From the NCBI GenBank assembly GCA_951406725.2, contig OX597819.1, forward strand, positions 124,186,001 to 124,250,000: a DNA stretch of 64,000 bases, written 5' to 3'. Numbering within the stretch: position 1 is the first letter of the stretch; the number at the start of each line of letters is the position of its first letter. The translations under genes and the position numbers were made by a program. Shown piece after piece: positions 38,157 through 48,989 of this stretch. Source of the DNA: Octopus vulgaris (lineage: Eukaryota). The notes under the pieces are model-generated. The model was not told the origin of the DNA, did not search any database, and saw only the letters and a program-made list of their open reading frames with translations.

Positions 38157-39130
38157 TCAAAGCTCACTCTGTGAGTGAAGAGAGAAGATTAATCCCTGTT
38201 CACAGTGCAAATGGGAGTCCAGATGGCCCCTGTGCAAAGACAATCCAAACACAGACAGGTGTTGCAAAGAGTGACCGGTAGAGTGGAAATGGCATGAGGC
38301 TGAGGTAATCCAAACACGGACAGGTGTTGCAAAGAGTGACCGGTAGAGTGGAAATGGCATGAGGGTGAGGTAATCCAAACACGGACAGGTGTTGCAAAGA
38401 GTGACCGGTAGAGTGGAAATGGCATGAGGCTGAGGTAATCCAAACACGGACAGGTGTTGCAAAGAGTGACCGGTAGAGTGGAAATGGCGTGAGGCTGAGG
38501 TGTCATTGCCAAGTTGGATGTCTCTGAGGTGTTCCGCGAACCGGTCAGCTAAGTGGTGTCCCATTTTCCGATGTATAGAGAAGGGCAGATAGAGCGGGAG
38601 ATGCAGTAGATGACATTGGTAGAAGTGCAGGTGAAGGAGTCGGTGATGTAATAGGGTCAATGATGGGTGCCGGTGAGGAAGGTGGTTTTGGAGAGGTAAG
38701 AGCAAGTGTGGCAGTGTGGGCAGGAGCAGGGGAACAAGCCAGGTTGGGAGGTAGGGTTGGGGAAGAAGCTGTGGACCAAGAGGTCTCATAGGTTATGGGC
38801 TTGTTTGAAGGAGGTGAGGGGTCGGTTAGGGAAGATGTGCGAAGTGGAGGGTTCAGACTGGAGTCGCCAGAAGGCCCAGAGAATGGTGCGTTGGAGAGGT
38901 AGAGTGGTGGGGTGGTAGGTGAGGGAAAACGGGAAGCAGGAGATGGTGGGGCGGGTTCAGGGGGAGAGAGCAGATGCACGGTCCACAGAACATACTCTGG
39001 CAAGGGCAGTGTGGATAGTGGTGAGGGGAAATCCATGTAGGATGAAGTGGCAAGGTATGAGTTGAAACTGAGTCTCAAAGTCATGGTCAAAGCCTGCATA
39101 GATGGAGGAATTGGGAATAGGGGATGGAAA
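38157..39130 (-). mobile_element. Penelope-like element 3' fragment (linker with Cys cluster + GIY-YIG endonuclease)
   Basis: Across frames: FPCSCPHCHTC...FTCTSTNVIYCISCSLCPSLYIG...HLADRFAEHLRDI...SRHFHSTGHS...EQGLIFSL. Confidence 0.85.
38242..38500. repeat. 65-bp minisatellite, 4 copies, inside the PLE fragment
   Basis: gtgaccggta recurs at 38271, 38336, 38401 and 38466. Confidence 0.95.
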
Positions 39131-39284
39131 GCTTGGTGTGTTTAGGGTGGGAGAAGGAGAAGTTGAGGTAGAAGTGTGAGTCTGTGTGTTTGTAGTGGAT
39201 GGAGGTGGTGAGAGTGGAGTGATGCCCTCCTTAATGCCAACCACTCTGAGAGTGTAATGGGTGCTTTATATATATATATATATA

Positions 39285-39965
39285 TAAGTAGCTTGCTAAC
39301 CAACCACATGGCTCCGGGTTCAGTCCCACTGCATGATACTTTGGTCTTTTTATATAGCCTCGGGCCAACCAAAGCTTTGTGAGTGGATTTGGTAGACGGA
39401 AACTGAAAGAAGCCCGTCATATATATATATGTGTGTGTGTGTTTGTGTGTGTCCCCTCACAACATCGTTTGACAACCGATGCTGGTGTGTTTACGTCCCA
39501 TAACTTAACGGTTCAGCTAGGCTTACAAAGAATAAGTCCTGGGGTCGATTTACTCGACTAAAGGCGGTGCTCCAGCATGGCCACAGTCAAAATGACTGAA
39601 ACAAGTAAAAGAACAAAAGATATATAAATATATTTATACACACACACACACAGAGGCTCAGGCATGACTGTGTGCAGAGGTTTGATTCCCAGCCACATTA
39701 AGGCCTTGAGTCGATTTGGCAAACGGAAACTGTAGGAAGCCCATCGTGTGTATGTGCCCGTGTCGGGGGGGGGGCGTGCACGCGCCTGCGTTTGTCCCCC
39801 ACTAACGCTTGTGTTTATGCCCCAGTGACCTAGCAGTTAGGCAAATAGACCAGTAGGGTAAGTACCACGATTTATTAAACAATTACCGGGTCGATTCGTT
39901 CAACTAAAATTCAAGTCGGTGCCCCAGCATGGCCACAGTCTAGTGACTGAAGCAAAGATAAAAGA
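39285..39965 (+). mobile_element. Two consecutive CORE-like SINE copies (younger ~39285-39620, older ~39655-39965)
   Basis: Homologous to 26423-26833. Both end ...ccagcatggccacagtc...gactgaa. Confidence 0.8.
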
Positions 39966-41919
39966 TATGCGTGTGTGTGTGTGTGTGTGTTTTCCTATAA
40001 CCCGTGGTTAATAATGTCTTAAGGTAATATAAATGCTAAATGTTTCTGCAGGTATCGAATTTTCAAATTATCAACCAGAAAGAGAATTTGTGCGGGATAA
40101 TGGAATTTTCACTAAATATTCTGTACTATAACTTGGAATCTGAAAAAAAGACATACATTGCTATGATTGAAATGATTAGTCAAGTCACAATTACCATTAT
40201 CATAAGAATTAAATAGGGCAGCTATTTGGATGAAATGAATAATTTAAAACAGACAACTAGCATCGGATCATACAGGATTGCACTGATTTACCTTGTGGTT
40301 GCAAGACTCTGCAATAACATGAAATATAGCAGGTAACATTTTTAAGGAAGTCGTTGGCATCATGCGTCAGGGACGGAACCTTGTTAAAAGAAGGACGGAT
40401 GCAAACTCAGAAATATTTAAATTAGCTTACAGTAGGGAACTTTTTGCAACGTTCCTCCTCCGCCCCTAACAGCACTAACATACCTTTCTTGAAATAGTAA
40501 GTCTGATGTCTGCTAACCACAGACATAAAGGAATTTTATTTTGGAAAGAAATTATTCAAAACCAGTGTTTATTAAATGTGGAATTAAAGATAACGGTGTA
40601 TAATTAAGTATAATGACTATGCTGAGAACGGTTTCTACTGAAAGTAGAATGTCTTAATGGCTAATTTATTTTCTTTATGTCTTAATAGCTTGTTTATTTT
40701 CCTTTGTATAATTTATTGCAAATTGACATATAAAGAAGAAAACAATTGATACGCTTGTTCACTCCAAAGATCAAACAAAACCATACAGAGAGAGAGAGAA
40801 TGAAAGAAAACAGTGGTGAAACCGAACCACACTACATGAGGTGCTTTAAGGTGGAATGACATGGAGACTATTACCCAGCTGTTGCTTTCTTATGTTATAA
40901 CGCGATGGCAAATTAGTAGATTATCCGAAAGATAATCTTAAACTGGTTAAAAAAAGACTTATGTTGAATCACATGGCTTGCCCCACCCACTCTCGCTCTT
41001 CAAACACAATCGTCCGTAATTATATGACAAATGTTGGCTCACATTGTCTCTGTTCCATACAGCAGTCGCACACAGAAATTTGACAAATGAGAGTAAAAGT
41101 ACATCAGCTGAAAACTTCATTAAAATTATGAAAAATCGTTAAAACACAGCGTTACAGATTTCGTTATACATACCTTATTTTATATAGATCCCCCATTCTT
41201 GAGGATTTTTTTCTTCATTGACAGAATATGTTAAAAGAAACGTACCCCATGAGCTGAAAACTGTACTAAATGAGAATATGTAATCAAAATCATTCGTATC
41301 AAGATCGCATATTTTGGTTGCTAGAATTACTCGGACGAAATGTCAGTTTCGTAAATGTATTTCGCGTTTAAGTGAGTTTAGTCCCGTTTACAAACCGTCG
41401 CTAAATATTTACTGGTACGCCATCATCACACTTAAGACTCGCTTAAAAACTGCTGCTTCTTGTTGCTTCCCTCGCACTCCAACTCAGCTACAGTTCTTAC
41501 ATGTCAACACATACTAAACTCAGAACCCGCACTATCTATCATCCGCTGAAGAGAAGCTGCAACTAACTTATTATTTCATACTACCTCTTCCGACTGCTGA
41601 TGTCAGACATCGATTTTAATAAATCTTATCACTGATCCATCAGTTTGTTTGAAGCTTCGTACAACTTCACCTTCTTTCCTTCGAAAGCTAAACATTACAG
41701 CATTTCAGTATTAACTATAAGCTTTCATTTCTCTTTTATTTTCCTTTTTTTTTTTTTTTTACCTCAGTAAGAAACGGTGAAAGTAAAATAATTCAAAGCA
41801 GCAACAGGCAATCAATAGAATTTCTGGAATTAGGGAGAAAAAATAATTAGAGAACATGATTTTCAATAATAATTTCAATATTTTCAATAATTCATTTATT
41901 ATCACTTTCCCTTTATATT

Positions 41920-41933
41920 TCTTCTTCTTCATC

Positions 41934-41967
<34 letters not shown>

Positions 41968-41977
41968 CCACCACCAT

Positions 41978-42009
<32 letters not shown>

Positions 42010-42017
42010 TCATCATC
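41920..42017. repeat. (CAT)n/(CAC)n trinucleotide repeat
   Basis: Visible directly in the sequence. Confidence 0.95.
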
Positions 42018-42663
42018 CTTTAATGTTATCTTTTCCAATGTGTCATTAAGATTGAAAACAAAATCATAAAATTCCTTTTACTTAGGGTCTTTCCTGTCCT
42101 AGAAAATTTTGATTGTATATTTCTTTCCATCTTTCAAGTAAAGAGCAAATTTTTTTTTTAAATTTATACTACTGCCTTCAGACCTAATTTTTTCAAAAGT
42201 TTTATTATGGAGATTGTGGAATCTATTACATTTTAGTGGGTCAATGTTAGATGCTTGTGTAGAAACTTAAGAATTTCACAACTATGAAAAGACTCGCTGT
42301 CGACTTTATCTAATAAAACCAGAGTGAGAATTAGCTGCCATTTAAGATAAAAACGATTTCTTTAGCATCTATATCAGTACTTTGTTATCTAAACATTTCT
42401 TAGATAACACATACATATCATCATCACCACCATCATCATCATCATCAATATTAGACTTATAACATCTACTTCTTCATGCTGCATGGGTTGAATGAAGTTT
42501 ATTGAAGCAGATTTTTCCATGGCATGGTGTCCTTCCTATCACCGACCCTTACTAGTTTGCAATCAAGGTAATATTACCCCCATAGCCAGAATATGTATTT
42601 GCAGAATATATGAAATGAGTGACATTCGTTAACAACAATCGAGCGATATCAAGAGATTCAAAT

Positions 42664-42922
42664 ATACATACATGCATACACATGAACACACACATACATG
42701 CACATGCACACACACATACATACATGCATACATACATACATACATACATGCATGCACATGCACACACAAAGATACATACATACATACATACATGCGTACG
42801 TACGTACATACATACATACGTACATACGTACGTACATACATACATACATACATACATACATACATACATACATACATACATACATACATACATACATACA
42901 TACATACATACATACATACATG
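42664..42922. repeat. (TACA)n microsatellite at the SINE tail
   Basis: Visible directly in the sequence. Confidence 0.95.
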
Positions 42923-42924
42923 CA

Positions 42925-43393
42925 TGATGATGATGATGGCCATCCACTTGTGACTGAGGAAGACCATTGCTGACCTTTAGGAACATTGTGCGCTCTAGGA
43001 CTGACTTATATTTTGCCGCTGCTGTTGAGCGAATGGTCTTCGTCCCAGAGCTCGCAAGATGGGAGAAGTCCGAAACGTGGTCCTTTGCTATTTGTAAGAC
43101 CCGCAGAAGAGAAAGCAGGTCAACCCCCGATACCGAGAGCATCGACGGATGGATGAATGCGCATCCAGGCTCAGCGGTTGCGTAGGAAGTCGGGGACAAG
43201 AAACAGGAAGAAAAAGTGAGAGAAAGTTGGGGCGAAAGAGTACAACAGGGATCGTCACCAGCCCCTGCCGGAGCTTCGTGGAGCTTTAGGTGTTTTCACT
43301 CAATAAACACACACGATGTCCGGTCTGGGAATCGAAACCACGATCCTCCGACCGCGTGTCTGCTGCTCTAGCCATTGGGCCATTGCACCTCCA
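42925..43393 (-). mobile_element. tRNA-SINE (head/middle A + tail Y)
   Basis: The first ~190 nt match the 3523-3912 element. The 3' half differs and ends ggatggccatcatcatcat. Confidence 0.85.
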
Positions 43394-43394
43394 C

Positions 43395-46376
43395 TTGCAT
43401 TTGCAGCTTCATTGGTGGCTGATGAGCCCTGCTCTTGACAAGCATACACCACTGCAAACATTGCAAACCAAGCTTTCCCTATTCACTACACCTGCTGTCT
43501 GCTTTCGAGCAGCACACTTAAGTTCTTCATGAAGAATAAATGTTCTCTCAAAGGTGTCAACCTCTTCCTTAACCTGCTTCCTCCATCTGTGGCATTGCTC
43601 ACCTAGTCCTAATCAGTCTCTGGCATATCACAGGCCTTTAACGAGGACTTGACACAGTTCCCCATATAACATCAGTTTAGGGATCCTGCTATCCTTCATT
43701 CTAATAAGGTGTCCAGTCCAACATAACCGGTGCTTGTGCACAATCGCCTCAGGATAGCTTTCTTCAGGACCTGTGTGTCTGGAGTACTTACGGTCCAGCC
43801 AACATTCAGCATGTGTCTCAGACATCTCTGATGAAAACATTCAAGGACCTTTACATGACATTTGTAAAGGGTCCATGTCTCACATGGAGTAAAGGAGCAA
43901 TGCCAGTACACATTCATGGTACACAGCAATTTTTGTTTGCCTTGTGATACAATGCTGGTGCCAGAAATGAAGCTGAAGAGACTGGAGGGTACCAGTTGCT
44001 CTCTTGCAGCCTGAAAAATATTTCATCATCCAGGGAACAAGAACGGCTGAGTATGCTGCCCGGGTAGACATACTTGTCTATCACTTTCAGTATTGTTCTT
44101 TCAACCAAGATAGCTGGTTCCACATATGGATTTCCTGGTGCAGGCTGGAACATTACAACAGTCTTGTCTAGGTTAATGCTGAGTCTAAATGTCTTGTAAG
44201 AAGCAGAAATAGGATTCATAAGTATTTGCATGTTATCCACTGTACGAGTGACTAAGTCACAGTCATCTGCGTAAAGGAAGTCACGAATAAGAGAATGGAA
44301 AACTTTTGAATTGGCAGCAAATCGGTGCAGATTCAAGAGGCAGCCAGCAGATCGATACCTAACATATATTCCCAAAGAGCTAACCTAAGCAAAAGCATAA
44401 GTAAAGGCAGCAGCAAAGTACAAAGAAAAGAGAGCTGGGGCAAGGATGTCACCCTGCTTCACACCATTCTCTTTAGGAATGGGTCCTGCCATGCCAGTAC
44501 CAACATTGACCCCAGCCTCCATCCCTTCATGAAATTATTTAATCATACTGACAAAGTGATCTTACATCCAAGTTTGCCAAGTATTTTCCATAGCAAGGCC
44601 CTATTCACAGTATCAAAGGTCTTGATTAAATCAATGAATGCCTGGACAAGATCCATATTCTGCTCATAGCACTTCTCCTGCATCTGTCGTGCTGTGAAAA
44701 TCATATCCATTGTCTCTCTACCAGATCGGAAGCCACATTGAGATTCAGACAGGACATCATTTATGAGACATCCATTCAGCCAGATAAGAAGAATATTTGC
44801 CAGAACCTTGCCAGCAGCTGATAGTAGAGCAATACCTCTGTAGTTACCTCACATTGTTCTGGCTCCTTTTCCTTTATAGAGAGGGAGAATAATTACATCC
44901 TTCCAGTCCTTAGGAATTGCACCATCCCTCCAGACAACACTAATAAGTTCATGAAGGGACTGTATGATGTAATCACACCAAATCGCAAGACCTCAGCCAA
45001 ATTCCATCCCTTCCAGGTGCCCTACCAAGATTCAATTTACTTATTGATGTCATTACTTCATCTATTGAGGGCATGGAATTTAAGGAGCCAATGATAGGTC
45101 TTTGGTGCATAGTATCAATCACTGTTTCATCCACAACTGACACATGGGAGTTCAGAGAAGTGTTTAATCTAGTGACCTGTGATTTCTGTTGATTTAGTAA
45201 ACAGAGTAGAAGACTCCTTGGAAAGCAAAGGAGCTGATGCAGAGCTCTTAGGCCCATAAACTTGCTTCATAAGATGGTAAAGCTTCTTGCTGTCATTTGC
45301 ATCAGCAGCAGCCTGAACATCACAAGCAAAATCTGCCCACCAAGTGTTCTGCATCTTCCTGAGAGATCGCTGTAGTAGTGACTTTACGCTGCTATAATGG
45401 GCAAGTGCTAGATTTCACTGCACAGCAGAAAGTCCTCTGTGTAGCAATACAGTGTGGGCATGGCACTTTACAACCAATAGTCGCTGAACTTCAGCATCAT
45501 TTTCATCAAACCAGTCTCTGTGTCTGGCGGTAGCATATCCCAGTGTTTCAGCAGCACCTTGATTCGATTCCCAGACCGGGCGTTGTGTGTGTTTATTGAG
45601 CGAAAACACCTAAAGCTCCACGAGGCTCTGGCAGTGGGTGGTGGAGACCCCTGTTGTACTCTTTCGCCCCAACTTTCTCTCACTCTTTCTTCCTATTTCT
45701 TGTCCCTGACTTCCTACGCAACCGCTGAGCCTGGATGCGCATTCATCCATCCGTTGATGCTCTCGGTGTCGGGGTTTGACTGGCTTTCTCTTCTGCGGGT
45801 CTTACGAATAGCAAAGGACCACGTTTCAGACTTCTCCCTTCTTGCGAGCTCTGGGACGAAGACCGTTTGCTCAACAGCAACAGCAGTACCTTGAAGAACC
45901 TGGTCTCGAAAATCTTCCCATACTATGCTCTTTCCTCATACTGTGCTCTTCCCATATTGAAGCTCTTTCCTCAACACAGCATCATATATCTTTGCTCGCA
46001 CCAGACTGTGGTCTGTCAAGCATTCTGATCCATGAAAGGACTTGACATTTGCAATGTCCTAAGTGTCGTGCTAGCGGACGATGACATAATCCAGCAAGTG
46101 CCAAACTTTAGACCTTGGATGCAACCACATTGTTGTGTGATCACCTTTGTGCATAAAATGAGTGCTTGCAATGTGAAGTCCATGTTCATCACAAAGCTCC
46201 AGTAGCATGGGACCATTGCTATTCATTTTCCCTACACCAAAACATCCTAGAGAGTTCCATATTTGACAATCTGTTCCAACCCTGGCATTGAAATCCCCCA
46301 GTAGAATGACTTTATCAGAATTGAGGATTTTCCTAAGTATGGCTTTCATTTGGGTATAAAAAATAGTTTTATCTTC
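43395..46376 (-). mobile_element. Decayed RTE-clade LINE (endonuclease, RT and zinc finger)
   Basis: ILLGDFNARVG, WHLLDYVIVR, GRAPGRDGI, DFLYADDCDL, RLCWTGHLIRMKDSRIPKLMLYGEL, CNVC..SRAGLISH. Confidence 0.92.
45563..45880 (+). mobile_element. SINE (A + tail Y) nested in the RTE, truncated at both ends, with TSD
   Basis: cagcag(c/t)accttga at 45549-45562 and 45881-45894. Confidence 0.85.
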
Positions 46377-46446
46377 ATTTAAGAGATGAGGAATTATGTA
46401 CATTATTTACATTTGATGGATATTTGTCCTCATCTTGTTTGTTGTT

Positions 46447-46492
46447 AACACAACGTTTCAGCTGATATACCCTCCAGCCTTCATCAGGTGTC
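46447..46492 (-). ncRNA. Minimal type I hammerhead ribozyme
   Basis: gacac CTGATGA a ggctg-gagggtatat-cagct GAAA cg TT gtgtt. Intact core, stem I gacac/gtgtt, stem II, palindromic ACGT stem III. Confidence 0.8.
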
Positions 46493-46697
46493 TTGGGGAA
46501 ATTTCGAACCTGGGTTTCTCATTCCTAAGGTATTTTTTTGATGTTGTTATTATTATTATTTAGGTCAAAGCCTGGAATCGAACTCGGAATCTTGAGGTTA
46601 ATAGCCTGTGCTCTTAACCACTTGAATAATAATAATAATAATAACAACATCGAAAAAATACCCTAGGAATGAGAACCCAGGTTCGAAATTTCCCCAT

Positions 46698-46743
46698 GAC
46701 ACCTGATGAAGGCTGGAGGGTATATCAGCCGAAATATTGTGTT
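46698..46743 (+). ncRNA. Minimal type I hammerhead ribozyme (inverted copy)
   Basis: gacac CTGATGA a ggctg-gagggtatat-cagcc GAAA ta TT gtgtt. Confidence 0.75.
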
Positions 46744-46859
46744 AACAACAAACAACTTCCTCTGTGTGTGTGTGTGTGTGTGTGTGTGTATACATATATA
46801 TAGACACACACACACACATACATACATACACACATACAAATATATATATGTGTATATAT

Positions 46860-47270
46860 CACCATCATCATCATTATCATCCTTGTTTAATGTCCACTTT
46901 CCATGCTGGCATGAGTTGGACGGTTTGACTGAGGACTGGCTGCACCAGGCTCCACTCTGCTCTCGCAAGGTTCCTACAGCTGATATGATGCAATGATCAT
47001 TAGTCATCATCATCATCGTTTAATGTCCGTTTTCCATGCTAGCATGGGTTGGAGGGTTTGACAGATCTTGCAAACCAGATGGCTGCACCACGCTCCAATC
47101 TGATCTGGCAGTGTTTCTACAGCTGGATGCCCTTCCTAACACCAGCCACTCTGAGAGTGTAGTGGGTGCTTTTTACATGCCATCAGCACAGGGGCCAATT
47201 AGGTGGCATGGGTATTGACCATGCTTGAATGGTGCTTATTACATGCCACCAGCACTGGCATCGGCCACAC
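46860..47270 (-). mobile_element. Two PHD-RTE tail fragments
   Basis: (cat)n...tttccatgct(g/a)gcatg occurs at ~46900 and ~47035. Confidence 0.75.
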
Positions 47271-47569
47271 TTATAATTCGAAAGGTGTGTCGAAAGGCAA
47301 AATATGTTATCTAAAAATGTGGGCAAGGTATTTTGGTTCCCCACTGAAGTTCCATCGCTGTTGTGGTTCGACAACTTTCATAGCTGCTGAGAGGCAAATC
47401 TGCAGTATGCACAATCTATGTAGAAAAAAAAGAACACAGTAAATGCAATTGATATGAATGTTTTATATAATATGCATGTGTTTCATAACATCAGTCAAAC
47501 AGTTTTGTTAAGTAATGTTAAGTAAGGAGGCTAGCAGAATATGTTCACATAACCAATTTTTATCCTCAG

Positions 47570-48010
47570 GCACTATTCAAGTGTGATCGTTACCAGCTTT
47601 GCCTTACTGGCACTTGTGCCCCGTGCTAGTAGGGTGCTAAGAGCACAATCTGAACGTGATCATTGCCAGAGCAGCTAACTGCCTTCCGTGCCGGTGGCAT
47701 GTAGGAGGCACCATTCAAGCGGGATTGTTACCAGCATCGCCTTACTGGCACCTGTGCTGGTGGCATGTGTAAAAGGATTCGAGCGAGGCTGTTGCCAGTA
47801 TCGCCTGACTGGCTCCTGTGCTGGTGGCACGTAAAAGCACCCACTACACTCTTGGAGTGGTTGGCGTTAGGAAGGACATCCAGCTGTAGAAACTCTGCCA
47901 GATCAAGACTGGAACCTGGTGCAGCCATCTGGTTCGCCAGCCCTCAGTCAAAATCGTCCAACCCATGCTAGCATGGAAAGCGGACGTTAAACGATGATGA
48001 TGATGATGAT
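47570..48010 (+). mobile_element. PHD-RTE 3' UTR with about 4 tandem modules and a (gat)n tail
   Basis: Repeated gtgc(c/t)ggtggca(c/t)gtaaaagcacc modules. Confidence 0.85.
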
Positions 48011-48109
48011 TTATGTAAGGAATGTTTTGCCAGTCTTATGAAACACATCTACATGATATATAGCATTAATACTGATTGCATTTTCTATATTCCCTTTTTA
48101 TGCATATAC

Positions 48110-48725
48110 AGGCTCATATGTTCCACTGGATGTGTAATGTAAGTGCACATGTGCAATAAAGTGCTAGTGTATTGAAAGAGAAGTTAGGCATAAAAGGAAT
48201 GACATGCTGTGTGCAAGAGAGAGGGCAGCACTGATTTGGTCATGTGACACAGATAGATGCTGACAGCTCCATGAAGAAGTGCCATTCACTCAAAGTGGAT
48301 GGAACTTATTGAAGAGAGAGACCCAGGGAAACGTGGGATGAAGTACTGAAGGACAGCCTCAGAACGCTGAACCTTTTGGACAAAATGACAAAGGACCGAA
48401 ATACCTGGCACCTTACTGTACTCAAGAAGAGCCGTCCTCCACAGCAGAAACATTAAGACCACATGCCTTGGTGAAGAGGATTGGCCTGTAAGAGTCTGGT
48501 GCTGGTGACACATAAAAAGCACTTGTGCCAGTACCACATTAAAGGCACCCAACACACATTGTAAAGTGTTTGGTGCTAGGAAAGGCATCTAGCCATAGAA
48601 ATCAAACCAAATCAGACTGGAATCAAGTGCAGCTCTCCAACATGTCAACTATGATCAAACCATCCAAACCATGCCAGCACGGAAAATGGACATTAAAGGA
48701 TGATTATGATGATGATAACGATGAG
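48110..48725 (+). mobile_element. Old PHD-RTE-related 3' fragment
   Basis: FHWMCNVSAH...VQERGQH*FGHVT..., with a degenerate tail. Confidence 0.75.
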
Positions 48726-48989
48726 GAAGAGAATGATACAGGGTGTTCAGGCTAGATTCGACAGTTTGCATAAAAGGGCAAGAAAACACAATATCTCATC
48801 CAAAAATAAAGTAGGGTAAGTTGAAAACTATCTGCAATTTCTCCAAACTTTTTTTTTGGTTGGTTACACTGCTTTCAGTGCTTGCATGCTAAAAGATGGT
48901 TCTCTCTTATGGTTACATAACCAAGGTTTGACCATTGTCACTCCAGTTTTCTTTCTTGTGTTAGAGTAAACGTGGCCACTTTGCTGGCA

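Larger units (their letters stand above)
46377..46755. mobile_element. tRNA-headed hammerhead element: minus-strand copy (46377-46622) plus inverted headless partial copy (46623-46755)
   Basis: Homologous to 58038-58310. Forms an inverted repeat with ~130-bp arms around the tRNA-like head. Confidence 0.85.

Noticed and set aside
38242-38500. CRISPR-like regular repeats
   Set aside because: The units are contiguous tandem copies with no unique spacers, the context is eukaryotic and there are no cas genes. The 3'-UTR modules at 47570-47840 are also LINE-internal.
41545-41690. ctgaaga...gaaa as a hammerhead
   Set aside because: No closing stems II or III in the required geometry.
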